Assembly (NCBI RefSeq): GCF_032062105.1 | Contig: NW_026918867.1 | Location: 1-64,000, forward strand | DNA length: 64,000 nt | DNA from: Saccostrea cucullata | Taxonomy: Eukaryota | Reading direction: 5' to 3' | Shown here: piece after piece, positions 26,037-38,959 of the stretch | Numbering within the stretch: the first letter of the stretch is position 1 | Layout: each line of letters opens with the position of its first letter | Notes under the pieces: model-generated | The model's database searches: none | The model's input: only the letters and a program-made list of their open reading frames with translations | What the model was told of the DNA's origin: nothing | Made by a program: the position numbers and the translations under genes

Positions 26037-29000
26037 GTGAGTGGCTTTACTTTATGCCTAATATCTTCTGAAATCTTAATAATGCTGTTTTAGCGATTTA
26101 TATCCTCGCATGATCAATGCAAGCAATCCATTCTACAAGAACATTAGATGAGCAATAGCCATTTTTTTAGTGTTTTTTTATTGTGTCTCAAAAATTCAAT
26201 ACATACCGTTAAACCAGCAGTTAGTAGTATAAGCGTCAGTTAGGAAGTAATGACTAAGACATTCATTGACAAAACTTAGAACAGAAATATGTCTAGTGTT
26301 CCTTTAAGTCATTTCTACGTATGGTCATTCTATAGACTTGTCCGTCGTACAGAAGAAATCCAGTTTATCGTGTGAATAACTCTGTCAACACTTTCCTCCG
26401 CCTCATTTAAACATTAAATAGGTTTTGGGTCTTCTCTAAGCCTTTGTACCCTCTTCAGGGAATACACGTTATCACAACACTGTCAGAACACTGGGATATG
26501 TTTACACTACATTTAGCCCGCGTTATTGATCTGAAGTCTGGGGAATAGGTCGTCTGCAAAGTCATTTCCCGCCGTCAGAAGCACTCATATTATCCGCTGG
26601 TCATTTGTTTTATACTCGTCGATTTCAGATTTCTTAAATAGTGTCAAAGCAATTTTGTATAATCTTGTGTTATTTCTTCGGAACTGCTGAGAATTTATAA
26701 AACCGATAACAAAGATTCATTTTATGATACGTCTTTGGATTAACCAAAGGTTTCGTTTTAATGAAGGAAAAATATAGTGTAATGTCTTTGGCATCATGAT
26801 TGCATTGCTACTCAATGTAGCAGGTAATGCAATTTTCACTTTAAGTTTTTCTCTAAATTGTAGGAAAAAATCAGATAAATCTCCAATTAATGGGAAAACA
26901 ATTTGATCGACAATGGATGGACTTTGAGCTTAACCCCCTTCCACGAAGTCTTGCACTTTAACGCATATACCATTTCCTATTTCTATCGCAAAATCACGCA
27001 TATACCGTTTCTCCGCAATCACGCATTTTCACGCACTTTAGAAAATTCAATTAATGTTTAGTTGAATGCCAATTTCCTTTTATTTTATGCTTGCAAAAAT
27101 CTCATTAAATAAGAAAAGTTTTTTTGTATTAAAATAAATTGTCATAGTATTATTTCCCCTTAATTTTAGAGAAATGTGTATCATGCTTTAAGGTATTTGC
27201 GGGGAAATGGTAAATTTTTATTTATATGGCGTGAACATTAAGTAAGTTGCATAGCAGTTCAGTAAGTTGTAAAGAGTTAAATATTGTTCGTTGACTACAT
27301 ATATTTCATTGATATTAATGACAAAAGTTAACATCGATCCTTAAACAAATAAGAAGAATAATTTGGAAAAAAAAAAACGAAACGTATACTAGAGGTAGGA
27401 AGGACAGATAAATTCTCTATTTCTATTGTCTACCCTGGCAGAAAGTCTAAATGATCGAACAGCAAAGATTTAACTAAATCTGTTTTGAATCAAACTCAAC
27501 ATTGATGTACCCATTAGGTTCTAGAGTCCCTATATCTTAAGAATAAAAGAATAAAAGATTTGTACCTCTCGTGTTAGATGATAATTCGTGTTCGAAAGAT
27601 ATTCAAATTTTTTAATGTCATTCAAAAATTTACAGGCCACTATAATGGTAAGCATTCCCAACTCATACTTTTACATTTAAGGGGGCCGACTATAGTTTTA
27701 TTGTGTGAAAACTACAATAGCGAAACTCTTCATTTTTATACCATATATGACTTATATTAACTTCAGTGTACATGCAAAGTTTGGGGGAAATCTACCGTCC
27801 AGGTATTTTTGAGGGACCGTCTCAAAATACAGGTACATTTACTATAGGATTATATAGGAAAATGCCAATTTTTAGCAAATTATACAAATACTACAATAGA
27901 CATTTTGTTCAAACTATAATATTTGATGAGTAATACTATATTATACAATCTACGTAAGAAACACAAAATTCTACCGTCTTGTTACCAGAGGGGGCATCTC
28001 AAAATGCAAAAAATTAGCAAATTTTACTATTTTTATAGAGTACTACAAAATATGACGTACACAATGGATTCACATGAAAACATAATAAAAATATTGGAGA
28101 TATTCTCAAATATCTATGTTTCAAATTTCAAGAGCGTATGTTTATTACATTTTCTTTAATAATATTTTGATTGCCCCTTTCTTTAAGAGCTACAGATTAT
28201 CATAACGTCAAAAACACACTGCAACGACGTCAACCTACCTATCAATTGCAAAATCGGTTAAAACATCAGTTATATGAAATTGTAATTCCATTTTTATACC
28301 TATAATTTCTTAATTTTGTTTAATTTTAATAATTAAGCGAAAAAAGTTGCATTAAAACAGTAAATACGCTTCATTTTACTATGATGCGCGAAATATTGCG
28401 CAATGGAAACTATAGTCGGCCCCCTTAAATACTTTTTACCCTCTGTTATTGTAAAAAGAATGTATCAATTAAAATCCTTCTAAAGACATGCAATGACCTG
28501 ATAGTATACTTGGACGCATTAACATACATGTACATTTAGACTTAAAAGGTGTCTAAAATGCAAACGCTCTATATGTTACATAAAAAATCATAGGCGTATG
28601 GAAGTGATGGTTTTGATATACTGTATATGTGTAATTCATCAATTAAAACAAAACATGTTTGTTTACTACGAAAATAATATGTATGACTTTTTTGTTTTTT
28701 GTATGAAAATGGTGACTAAAATAATGGTGAGAAAGAAGGATATGGAGATAATGATCTGTATTCAATATCAAAAGTACATAAAATAATACAAAATAGGAGC
28801 AGAGCAAAAACAAATAAAAAGAAAATGCATACTTAAAATCTTTGAATACGACATCACAAAGTGTTCATGAAAAAAGAAGCTTCATGTTTAAAATGTTTAA
28901 CAAGCATTGGGTTTTTCAAAGCATAATATAGCTATATCTAAAATACTGTATATTAAAGTATTACAGACAGATGATACAAACATTTGTATTTTGTATTTCT

Positions 29001-32000
29001 TTGGAGGAGACTAAATAATATGTCACAGGTTTAGAAAGTGGATAAATCTTTGAATTTCTTCTCCTTATATTTGAAAAATGAAATAGACTTTAGTTTTAGA
29101 AAACTTTAGTTACTTCAATAAAACTAGAGGTACTATGAGCAATGAGAATGATAGATATGCATGGTTATAATTTGTTTTTGTGGTCAGGAAACCCAAAATA
29201 TGTGTCGGATCAAAAAGTAAAATAGGAGGTGCACAATGGCAATATGTAATAAAGATTCTGTGAAAGTTTCATTAAATTTCACTCAGTGGTATAAAAGGAG
29301 TTGCGGATAAAATATGGGTACCCCAAAGCGTAACAGACAGACGGACGGACATACCGATTACAGTATACCCTCCCACTTTTTAAGCGGGGGTATAATTACA
29401 AATATGGACCAGGCACGTTCAGGTGAGGTTTACAGATTAAAACACATTTCAGAATATGTTAGTTTGGTGCTAAAAGTGTTATACAAACTTTAAAAAAAAA
29501 TAACTTTACAAAGCCAGGTAAATTTTATGAGGAAAAGGAAAATCAGCCTATGTAATTTTTCTGATTTTTCAACATTTTGCATTTCCTAATAAAATTTACC
29601 TGGCTTGGTATATTTTTGTAAACTTTGTATTACACTTTTAGCAATAAGTTAACATATTCTAAAACATGTGTTTATCTGTAAACCTTTACTGAGTGTAATA
29701 TGTCCAAAGTTGTAATTTTATTAAAGTATTAACTAAAATTGACCAAGTCTATTAACTGATATTTTCATTTTCTTAGTTTGTTTCATTTTTCAAGTTAAAG
29801 GCAAAAAAAAGTATTCAAAGAGTTATACACTTTTCCAAACCTGTTACATTATTTTTAGTCTCCTCCAAAGAAAAATGTTTGTATCTTCTATCCTTAATAG
29901 AGAAAAAAACCGAAATGTCGATGCATTTTGACAAATCGACATCGACCTACTTGCACGAAAAAGAACAACTCTCACTCTGCAAGCTGTATATATTTGTATA
30001 AAAGTGTTAAATTAAGTGCAATGTAATTCAAATGTTGTATTCAATTTGTGGATTAACAATACGTGATAAGAAGGAACAATACTATCCCAATACTATCCAT
30101 TACTTTAATTGTTGCATCTTTTCTGCGTCATTTGCTTCCATTTCATCAGAGGCTGAGAGAGGTTGTCTCTCATTTGACGAGCGTGCTAAAAAGAAAGGTA
30201 ACTCTTACCTAAAGCTTATTCTTTTAAATAAAAGTTAGAGTTACTTACTCTTGAATCAAAATGGTAACATCCTTTTACATTAAGTAAGAAAATGGTTTAG
30301 AATAAATTAAACATGCAAAATAAACTTTTTTGTTTCATGTGATTAAATGTAGCTTTACTTTCAAAGCAAATTGAATTTATATAGGTATAAAATAATATGA
30401 TTTTCATAGACTTTTACCTTTATCATCACACCAAAGTCAAAAGCCGTATACTTAAAATAATACTGATGCATCTTATGTCTTTTTCATTTCATCACATTCA
30501 CGCAGGTTTGTATTCAAAGCAAAAGAAAAATGTATAAACAAGAGAAAATCTAAAAGTTATATAAATATATTTTTCTAAGTAAAAGAATTTCTCTGATTCA
30601 AATTTATTTTCATAATTTTTTCTACAATATTTTAATTAACTTTCATAATTATGACAATATTTATATTTAAATGACGACGTTATTGAATATTTTTCAGGTT
30701 GTGAGTGTGTGGTCTACCAGAGTACAGGTCAGCCCGGGTCCCGGACCTTCCACTCCCCTAATTATACCTCTGCTCAGACCTACCCCAGAGGAATCATCTG
30801 TATTCTCTTCTCTTTTATTGGAGATGTAAATGAGACAGTAGAGATTACGTTTATTGACTTCAACCTTCATCCTAAAGTGAATAATAGGTAACAATATCTA
30901 TATGTTCATTTTAAACTTTATCCATTGTACATCTGAAATAGATATCCATTCTTGATAAATAAAAAAAAACTGAAAGGTAGGAAGGTACACTTATATCTTT
31001 AGACATTGTTTTTTTTTTTAACCTTTTAAACAGTAGATGAAATACGCAAGTTATCACAATTACATTGTAACTTTCAAATATCATTGCAAAATTCTTATTC
31101 TTAAATTATGCCCATATTTTATCTATTCACTTATTTATTTATTCATTTGGAATTTGTTATGCATTTCTTTTCATTATGCATTCATTTGTATTACCTCAAT
31201 TTATTAAAAAGGAAAACAGTTTACAATTTTTTTTATTCACTAAATTTTCTTTTAACTTTCGATATAAACTAGAAGACAGTCCTAGAACCCTGAAAGACTA
31301 ATAATCTGGTTTATATTTTACCCAAGATTCATAATTTCAATACCTTACTATAAATACCAGTATGAAGCTTACAACTTCAGTAATGCACGGGACACTGATA
31401 ATAAAGTGAATTATTCACGATTTATTGTCCTATGAATCTAAATTTACATGTAATATATATTTTCTTATATTCATTTAAATCCCAAAAAAGTTTTAACTTA
31501 GGCTTAATTCATACAATAAATTAAATATATATTAGATCCTTACGTGAATAAGGTGATTTTTGTGAGTACATCATCTTTTAGCATGGACTTGAAGGGAATA
31601 ACATATGATCAAGATCATAAATCTTTTAACAATATAACAAATACATATAAAGGACAAAGCAATCACCTTCATTAAAAGTAGAGGTCATACCCATACAATT
31701 ATGTTTTAATCAGCTTATATAAATAATTAAAATTATTAAAAACTATGACAAAATAACATGAACAATGAATAAGGAGTAAAAAACAGTACTAAATGAAACT
31801 GTTTTTCTAAACAAAATTATATGAAATTATATTAGTTCTTTCTTAAAGTATACACATGTATTGTGTGACTTTATTGATCAGCAGCCTTAATCGGATAAAG
31901 TTGATCATACATTCTCTTGTCAAGTTTTGCGTACCAATTAATTAAGAAGACATAAACATTTTTGCAGGAAGCAATAAAACATTATGTTTCTAAATCAACT

Positions 32001-35000
32001 ATAAGCTTGAAAAAGAGTAGCTGATGTAATCCCTTTTGATGATCACTTTTAATCAATAAATTAGTCTACATGTTTTTTTCCATTGAAATTGATTTTTTTT
32101 AAGCAATATAGTGAAAATTATCTTTCATTTACAATCTATGTTATTACACACAACTTTAAAAAATATGATTGCAACTCTAATACCTTTTTTTCATTTTTGA
32201 AGAATATATTTTCAAATACAAGTAAATTGTGTCAAACTTTTTTCATATGTTTTGTTTAGCTGAACTTAATTCTGTTTATAATGCAGGTGTCCAGATTTTC
32301 TCAAACTCTATTTAGACGAACGAGCGGAAGTGAATGAACAAAGTATTTCAGAATACGACTTATGTGGAAACATGTCGGACCTTCCTCAGAAAACTTTTTA
32401 TTCGAAGGGTAGGAGTCTACATATGGAGTTCCATACAGCACCAGACGGGACTCTAAATAACTCCTATAAAGGATTCGCTGGAAAGTTTTCATTTGTAGAC
32501 TCAAGTAAGATATATGAATTTCATAAGTAACTATCTAATAACAGAAATATCAAAAGAAATTTAAATATGCTTTGTGCAAAGTGAAGAAATCATTCAACAA
32601 AATATTATAAAACAACTGAGTTCAACATTATTACTAAGCATATTCAAGGGCATGAGCAATGGGAACACATGTTTTCTTTCTATGCCTCACAGATCTTCTT
32701 TTCGAAAAAAAGTCATAAAAAAACTCATTTTCTTTTCATAATTTGACGAACATATCAAACAGTTTACGTACCGTATATACTCGCCTATAAGTCGGTCCGC
32801 CTATAAGTCGATTGTATTTTTTTCGGTTATTTTGCGAGGATTTGCCATTGACCCGCCTATAAGTCGGACCAACTTTTTGTCAGAATCAGATGACAATTTC
32901 TAATAAATGTTCTAATGTTTTTAACCTGATTTCAATCAATATTTTTAGAAACTTAGTTGATATTTTACTTTTAATCATAGAAAAATAAATAATGCATTCT
33001 TAAGATAAAGAAAAAAGTATTAGATATACGTATATAAATACTTGTACTTTACGTTTAATCTTAGAATACTTAAAACCTAATGATATGATATATCCAGACT
33101 TTATTCAACGATAACCATGTTCATAGAATACTATGTTTCGCCGACCAGAAAAATGCCAATCCTTTTATGACTCGTCTATAAGTCGGACATAGACTTTTGG
33201 GCTAAAATTTAACTCCCAAAAAATCGACTTATAGGCGAGTATATACGGTATATTATAAGACATTTCATTTTGTTTTTCTTCTTACTATTGTAAAAGAGGA
33301 ATTCCAGACAACAATGAAGCCAGTTTCGAAGGATCCAAATACATGTTCCTACACAGACCAACATAACGACAACAGCCTCAACAAAGGGAGGTTCTTCTCC
33401 CCTCGATACCCCCAAAACTTCCCTCCTTGGTCCTCCTGCAGCTACCAGTTCTTTGCACGACCGGGGGAAATTATCCAGATTAACTTTCTTGTTTTCCAGT
33501 TGTCGGGCAACGCCTCAAGGTTAGTAAGTATATCTTTTTCCTTTTATATAGTTTTAATGTTTTCTATGTTAGTGTACAGCGCTTAATTAGGTAAATTTAC
33601 AACTGAAAATGCTTTCTCATATATAAAACTATTAAAAAAAAGCAAGTATATCTATATCTGTATAAACACATGTTCTTAATGTCTTAAACGTAAGACGCAC
33701 TTCCCGGTAACGTCATTGAGGTAAGGGGTAATCAATAGATTAAACACATGCCATTGAGTTTTAAAAGTAAAAATAAATACAAAGTATGATGAAATTTGGT
33801 AAACATACTGTATGTTATAATATAGACATTTATATACCATTTTTTTCGCGACGCTCTAATTACTATTCATGAAATAAACTTCTTGAAGGACATTTGAAAA
33901 AGTATTATATTGTCCAATAGTTAGTGTATTTCTTAAAAGAGTTCATTCAATTGAAAACCAAAAATTAAAATAAAATCATGGAGATAACGAACAGTATCCA
34001 TTTAACAATACAAAATAGGACCAGGGCAATCATGTGCACGGAACTCCAAACATCAGAGGTGAGATCAGGTGCCATGAAGTAGTGAGCACCCTGCCGACCG
34101 GTAATTACTCAATATTTGACATATAATTGATGTTTAACTAACTACATGTACCTTTGTGTCTCTTTTAAGCTGCAAGAAGGATGAAGACTACATTGAGTTG
34201 TTTGAAAACAGAAATAAAACAGAGAGGATAGCGTTCATCTGTGGCACTAAAAGTGTTCCTACCATTACATCACATAATAACTATTTAAGTGTGTATTTCC
34301 ATTCCAAATCGAACTCCAACAAGAAAGGATTTGCAGCTACCTATGAATATAAATCTATAGATTCTATTGGTGAGTACTTTTTATCTACGTGTTGAATGTT
34401 GTGCTGAGATAAGCCAATGATAGGAATATTAATTGATACTAGGAATAAAACATATAAATGGTTAATTATAGTAAACCAAATGATGTTTGGTCGAAATCAC
34501 CTGAATTGTCCTTTTCGTCCTGCAACAAACTATCTTTTTCACGATTTTACAATAAACTACCGAGACGAAAATTTAAAAAAATGAAAACAAGGTTGCTAAA
34601 ATTTCCAATCTCGCATTTTGTTTTTTAACTTATTTAATGAATGTGAATTATAAATACTTGGTTCTCTTAATAAAACCTGTCTGTTAATCACACAGACATG
34701 TCATTTTTATTTATGAATGTTTTTTGTGAGACATGCTAGCACTAATGCTGTTTAAATTATAATAATTTTACCTTTTTGGTATTTTTACCGAATTATCATG
34801 TTTGATTCAGATTCGTGAGCTTTTTTCGACAAAGATGTTATGTAAGTGATACAATTATTTTATATACTTGTACCTCAAACAACTGTTATCATAGAAAGTT
34901 AGAGTAGGAGATTTGAAGAGGTGATCAGTGTAATAGAAGGCAATCTTTGACAGAGAACAAATCAAATATTTCCTGTGATAATTTTCAGGTTTCTGATAAA

Positions 35001-38000
35001 TATGAACAGTATTATGGGTATTAAAGGGTTTCAATACTTTCAGTAAGCACATTATTTGGTTAGATTTTCCGTTCTGCATGAGCATTTCGAGGATTAAGGA
35101 AGTAATGCATTAAAGTAGTGGTCAAATTATATTTTCTTAATGGTCTTTGATCACATATTCTTATTAGTTTTTTTATTAACGAAAAACTCTGAACAAAATA
35201 TATAATCTTTTTTATTGCCTTTCAGCAGAAAAGTCAGGTATTACAAAATGTTCAGAAATTCTACATTGCAATGGACTAACATTTTGTGCGAGTTGCTGTT
35301 CTTAGTTGCTAACTCTCTAGTAATATTAAGGCAAGAACAATAACATTACTAACACATACTGGTCATGGCATGCTTCTGTTATGGGTTAAGGATAAACACT
35401 GTTGTATTTGAAAAAAATGCTTTTATCAACTTGAGGTTTGTGGTTGATGCAGCTTACAGTATAATAACATTTTCTTATGTATTATTTTTGGATTTTTTTA
35501 TGCTTTTTATGATAATAGTTAGCTAGAATATCGTTCTTGCATTTGGAAGAAGCAGTCCATTATTTGGACACAAAATTGACTTTAAGCACCTGGGACATAT
35601 GCATTCAACTAGAATGCATATCAAATGAAAGCTTCCCTGTTAAATATGTATTTGTATTTACATTTTTTGTTCCGTCCACATGTAAAAAGTCTTATGATAT
35701 TTTTTTTTAAATTTCAAGATTCTTTTGTATTAACATGTTTGTTACATCCATAATTCATTTATATCACAAACCAATCTTTTTTGACGCGGAACCTGAAAGT
35801 CATCCTCTTTAAGATGTTACAACTTTGCAAGTGCTTCTAAGCTTAAAACTAGTATCAGACGGATCCCAGTTATATCTTGATTTTCAGTACTATAGGAAAT
35901 TGATAAAAGGTCACAGCAATACAGGAAATAATTAATGTAAAATTTTATTGTAATTCAATTGTCTCTTTTTTTAATTTACGTAGATTTTTATTGATTTTAA
36001 TTTTTATAGTTAGAAGAAAGTGTCCTTTGTATTAAATATATGTGTTTTATGTCAAAATCAGAAAAAATTTTTGCATGCAGAGTAGAATGTTTTCTTTGTC
36101 AGGAGACAGGAATGTGTTCCAAACAATTATTTGATTTTTTAAAATGATACCCCCGTTTCGTTTTACCTAGCAATATCCCTAATCTATCACGGTTTGATAA
36201 AGATACACTATCTGAACATTCAGAGTTAAAGCTCGGATCACGTTTTACGTATTTCCTAAAGCATAAACTGTGATAAACATTATCTTGGAAAGAACACTTT
36301 TTGAAACATTAAGCCGTATATTCTATTATCACCTGTTTATGGCGTTTCTTTGTCTCCCAATTTATTCGATACACAATACCGTTCACTACTTTTAATCAAC
36401 TTGTTTGAACACCTTTGTGGCAAATGATTTGATTAACAGTAGTACATGTATCAACAATCACACTTAAAATCATTCTGCACGTTCCTTGGACGTTATGGGT
36501 ACTTAATTCGCAAATGAAATATATGGAGATAACGAGCAGTATTCAAGCTCCATTAAACAATACAAAATTGGAGCAGATTAAACACAAACCTCCAAAACAT
36601 CAGAGGTAGGAAAAGGTGCCGTGGAGGAGTGAGCATCCCCTGCCGAACGGTCACACCCGCCGTGTGCTCCTTGTTATGATCTCACGTGAGAAACGGAAAC
36701 TTCCATCGACAATTCAGTGTGTATATAATAAGTATGAAAAACGTCAGTCGGCATATACTTTATGATAAATTGTATCTGTAGACAAGGTCAATGTATCGAC
36801 CATAGAACTTGCAAAATGGTCACTTTAAACGAGACTGCTATATTCTTGTTTCAGCAACGTGTTTGTCAGTAATTTCACTCCTTTTAGAACTTGCTTATAT
36901 GTAGAACATGATCTAGTGTATCGAATAAACTGAGAGAAATACTACAATCTATCTTTAGTGTGAATATTATCATTTTTGTTCAGCCATCGTTTAATTTAAG
37001 GTAGGACAAAACACCCGTGGATTCTATTTTAACCCATTTCTTAAAATGTACTGGAAAAAAAGAATAATATTACTATATTGACAACAATGAATGATCTCTA
37101 AAAGAAAAATGATAAGGTTTGGCATGTCTGCGTCATATTTTGTGAAAAAATCAGAGATTTCCTTTATATTGGACACTTGGAAGCTTACATTTTGGAATGT
37201 GTTTACTCTATCTATGTGCAATAAACAAGCATGTAACAAGCTGTTATAAAATGCAGTGTAACTCTTGTTCCATAAATAGTAGAGGACTGATATTTAGACA
37301 CATATATAAGGAGTCTTCATTCTTTATGTACTACAAAGGTCAAGGTCATATCAAGAGGTCAAAGGTCAAATATTATGACGTCATCTACTGAATCTTTTAG
37401 TTTTTTGCCATTTAATTTTCTTTTATTGCCAAAATATCTGAAACCACTGGTTCAATTTTCTTTATTTTTACACATTTTATTCTAGGACCCATTTGAATCA
37501 TTCTGTTGATTTTTTGTAAAATTTGAATCATATATTTTCTCTTAAGAAAACTTAAACTGTCGGATATTTACATGTGAATTTTCAATTCCGACGCTACGTA
37601 TGTTCTATTTTTACTTAATATTTTACTCAAATTTTCCAGTATCAATATGACTTGCTGATTTAAAGTAACAAAAAGTTTATCTTTATTAAAAGTATTACAC
37701 AAATTTACAATAGATCAATTGATAATTCTAAATTAAGGCTCATTCTGAAGTCGAATGTCTGATTTCACAATCATCTTACAGGGGTCTGATAGGCCATATT
37801 TCAGACTATGTGGGCAAAAAATGTGTAGTTGAATATTTTTCATATAATATATAAAGAAAGATTTTGTATCCAAGAACAAAATAGCAAAGTTTCAGAAAAC
37901 TTTGGCCTATCTATTGTATACTACCTTAAGCTTGATTTTTTTCCTCGAATCCTTCAATATGTTTTCATCATTGAACTGTATCAGATTTAAATCAGATAAT

Positions 38001-38875
38001 CTTTATTATTTTTTATCAATATTAAATAGACGGAGAAAAGGTCAAATTAGCAAGATTCAAATGCAGTTGCTAATCAACAGTGTTATATATGTTTTAGAAG
38101 AATAATTATGAAGCTTTTACATTTTTTTTTCAAAAAAGTATTCTTGTCACACTAATTTAAATATGGATATGTTTGCGCGGTAAGTGCATGTACTTATTGG
38201 TATAAAAACTGGCATTGATTTATATTTTCTTTTTTAACTTTTTAAGGCAATTGCTCTGATAATACATATTCCAAATCTTGTATAGATTTATTGGCTGGGT
38301 GAATCCTTTTCAAAGAACTTGATTTATTTCATGACCCCATGTGAATACAGTTCTTTTTACCAATTTTATTGCATTTTCTGTTGAATAATTCCGTTGCCAG
38401 AGAAACAGTATCATAAATTGCTTACGATAACGCTGTAGTAGAAGAACAAAAACAAATTTCATTATTATTGATTAATCCATATAGCCCTTTACTTTAACCA
38501 TTAGAATTTATACTACCCATCGCAAATTGTATTCAATATCTGATTTGAATTCAATACATACTTATTACATAAAATCCTAGAGCAAAGGAAGTTGTGAGAT
38601 ACACACTAGGCATTTTATTCTACCCTAGCAATCTACCAAAAATCGATGAGTGAAGAATGGGATCACGACATTTGTCTATGCTAAACTCTTGGCTTTACTG
38701 TGATCTTATATCCTTTATTTGGCAAGACAGAAACACTTATAATTAAATTCTTTCGCTATATTTCTTAATACAAAATAACGCGTATGGGTGTAGGATTAAT
38801 CATTTTAGGAGATGCATGTTGCATTTTAATAATATCATCTCATTATTAACCAACAGTTCAGAAAGAAAAATATGC

Positions 38876-38959
<84 letters not shown>

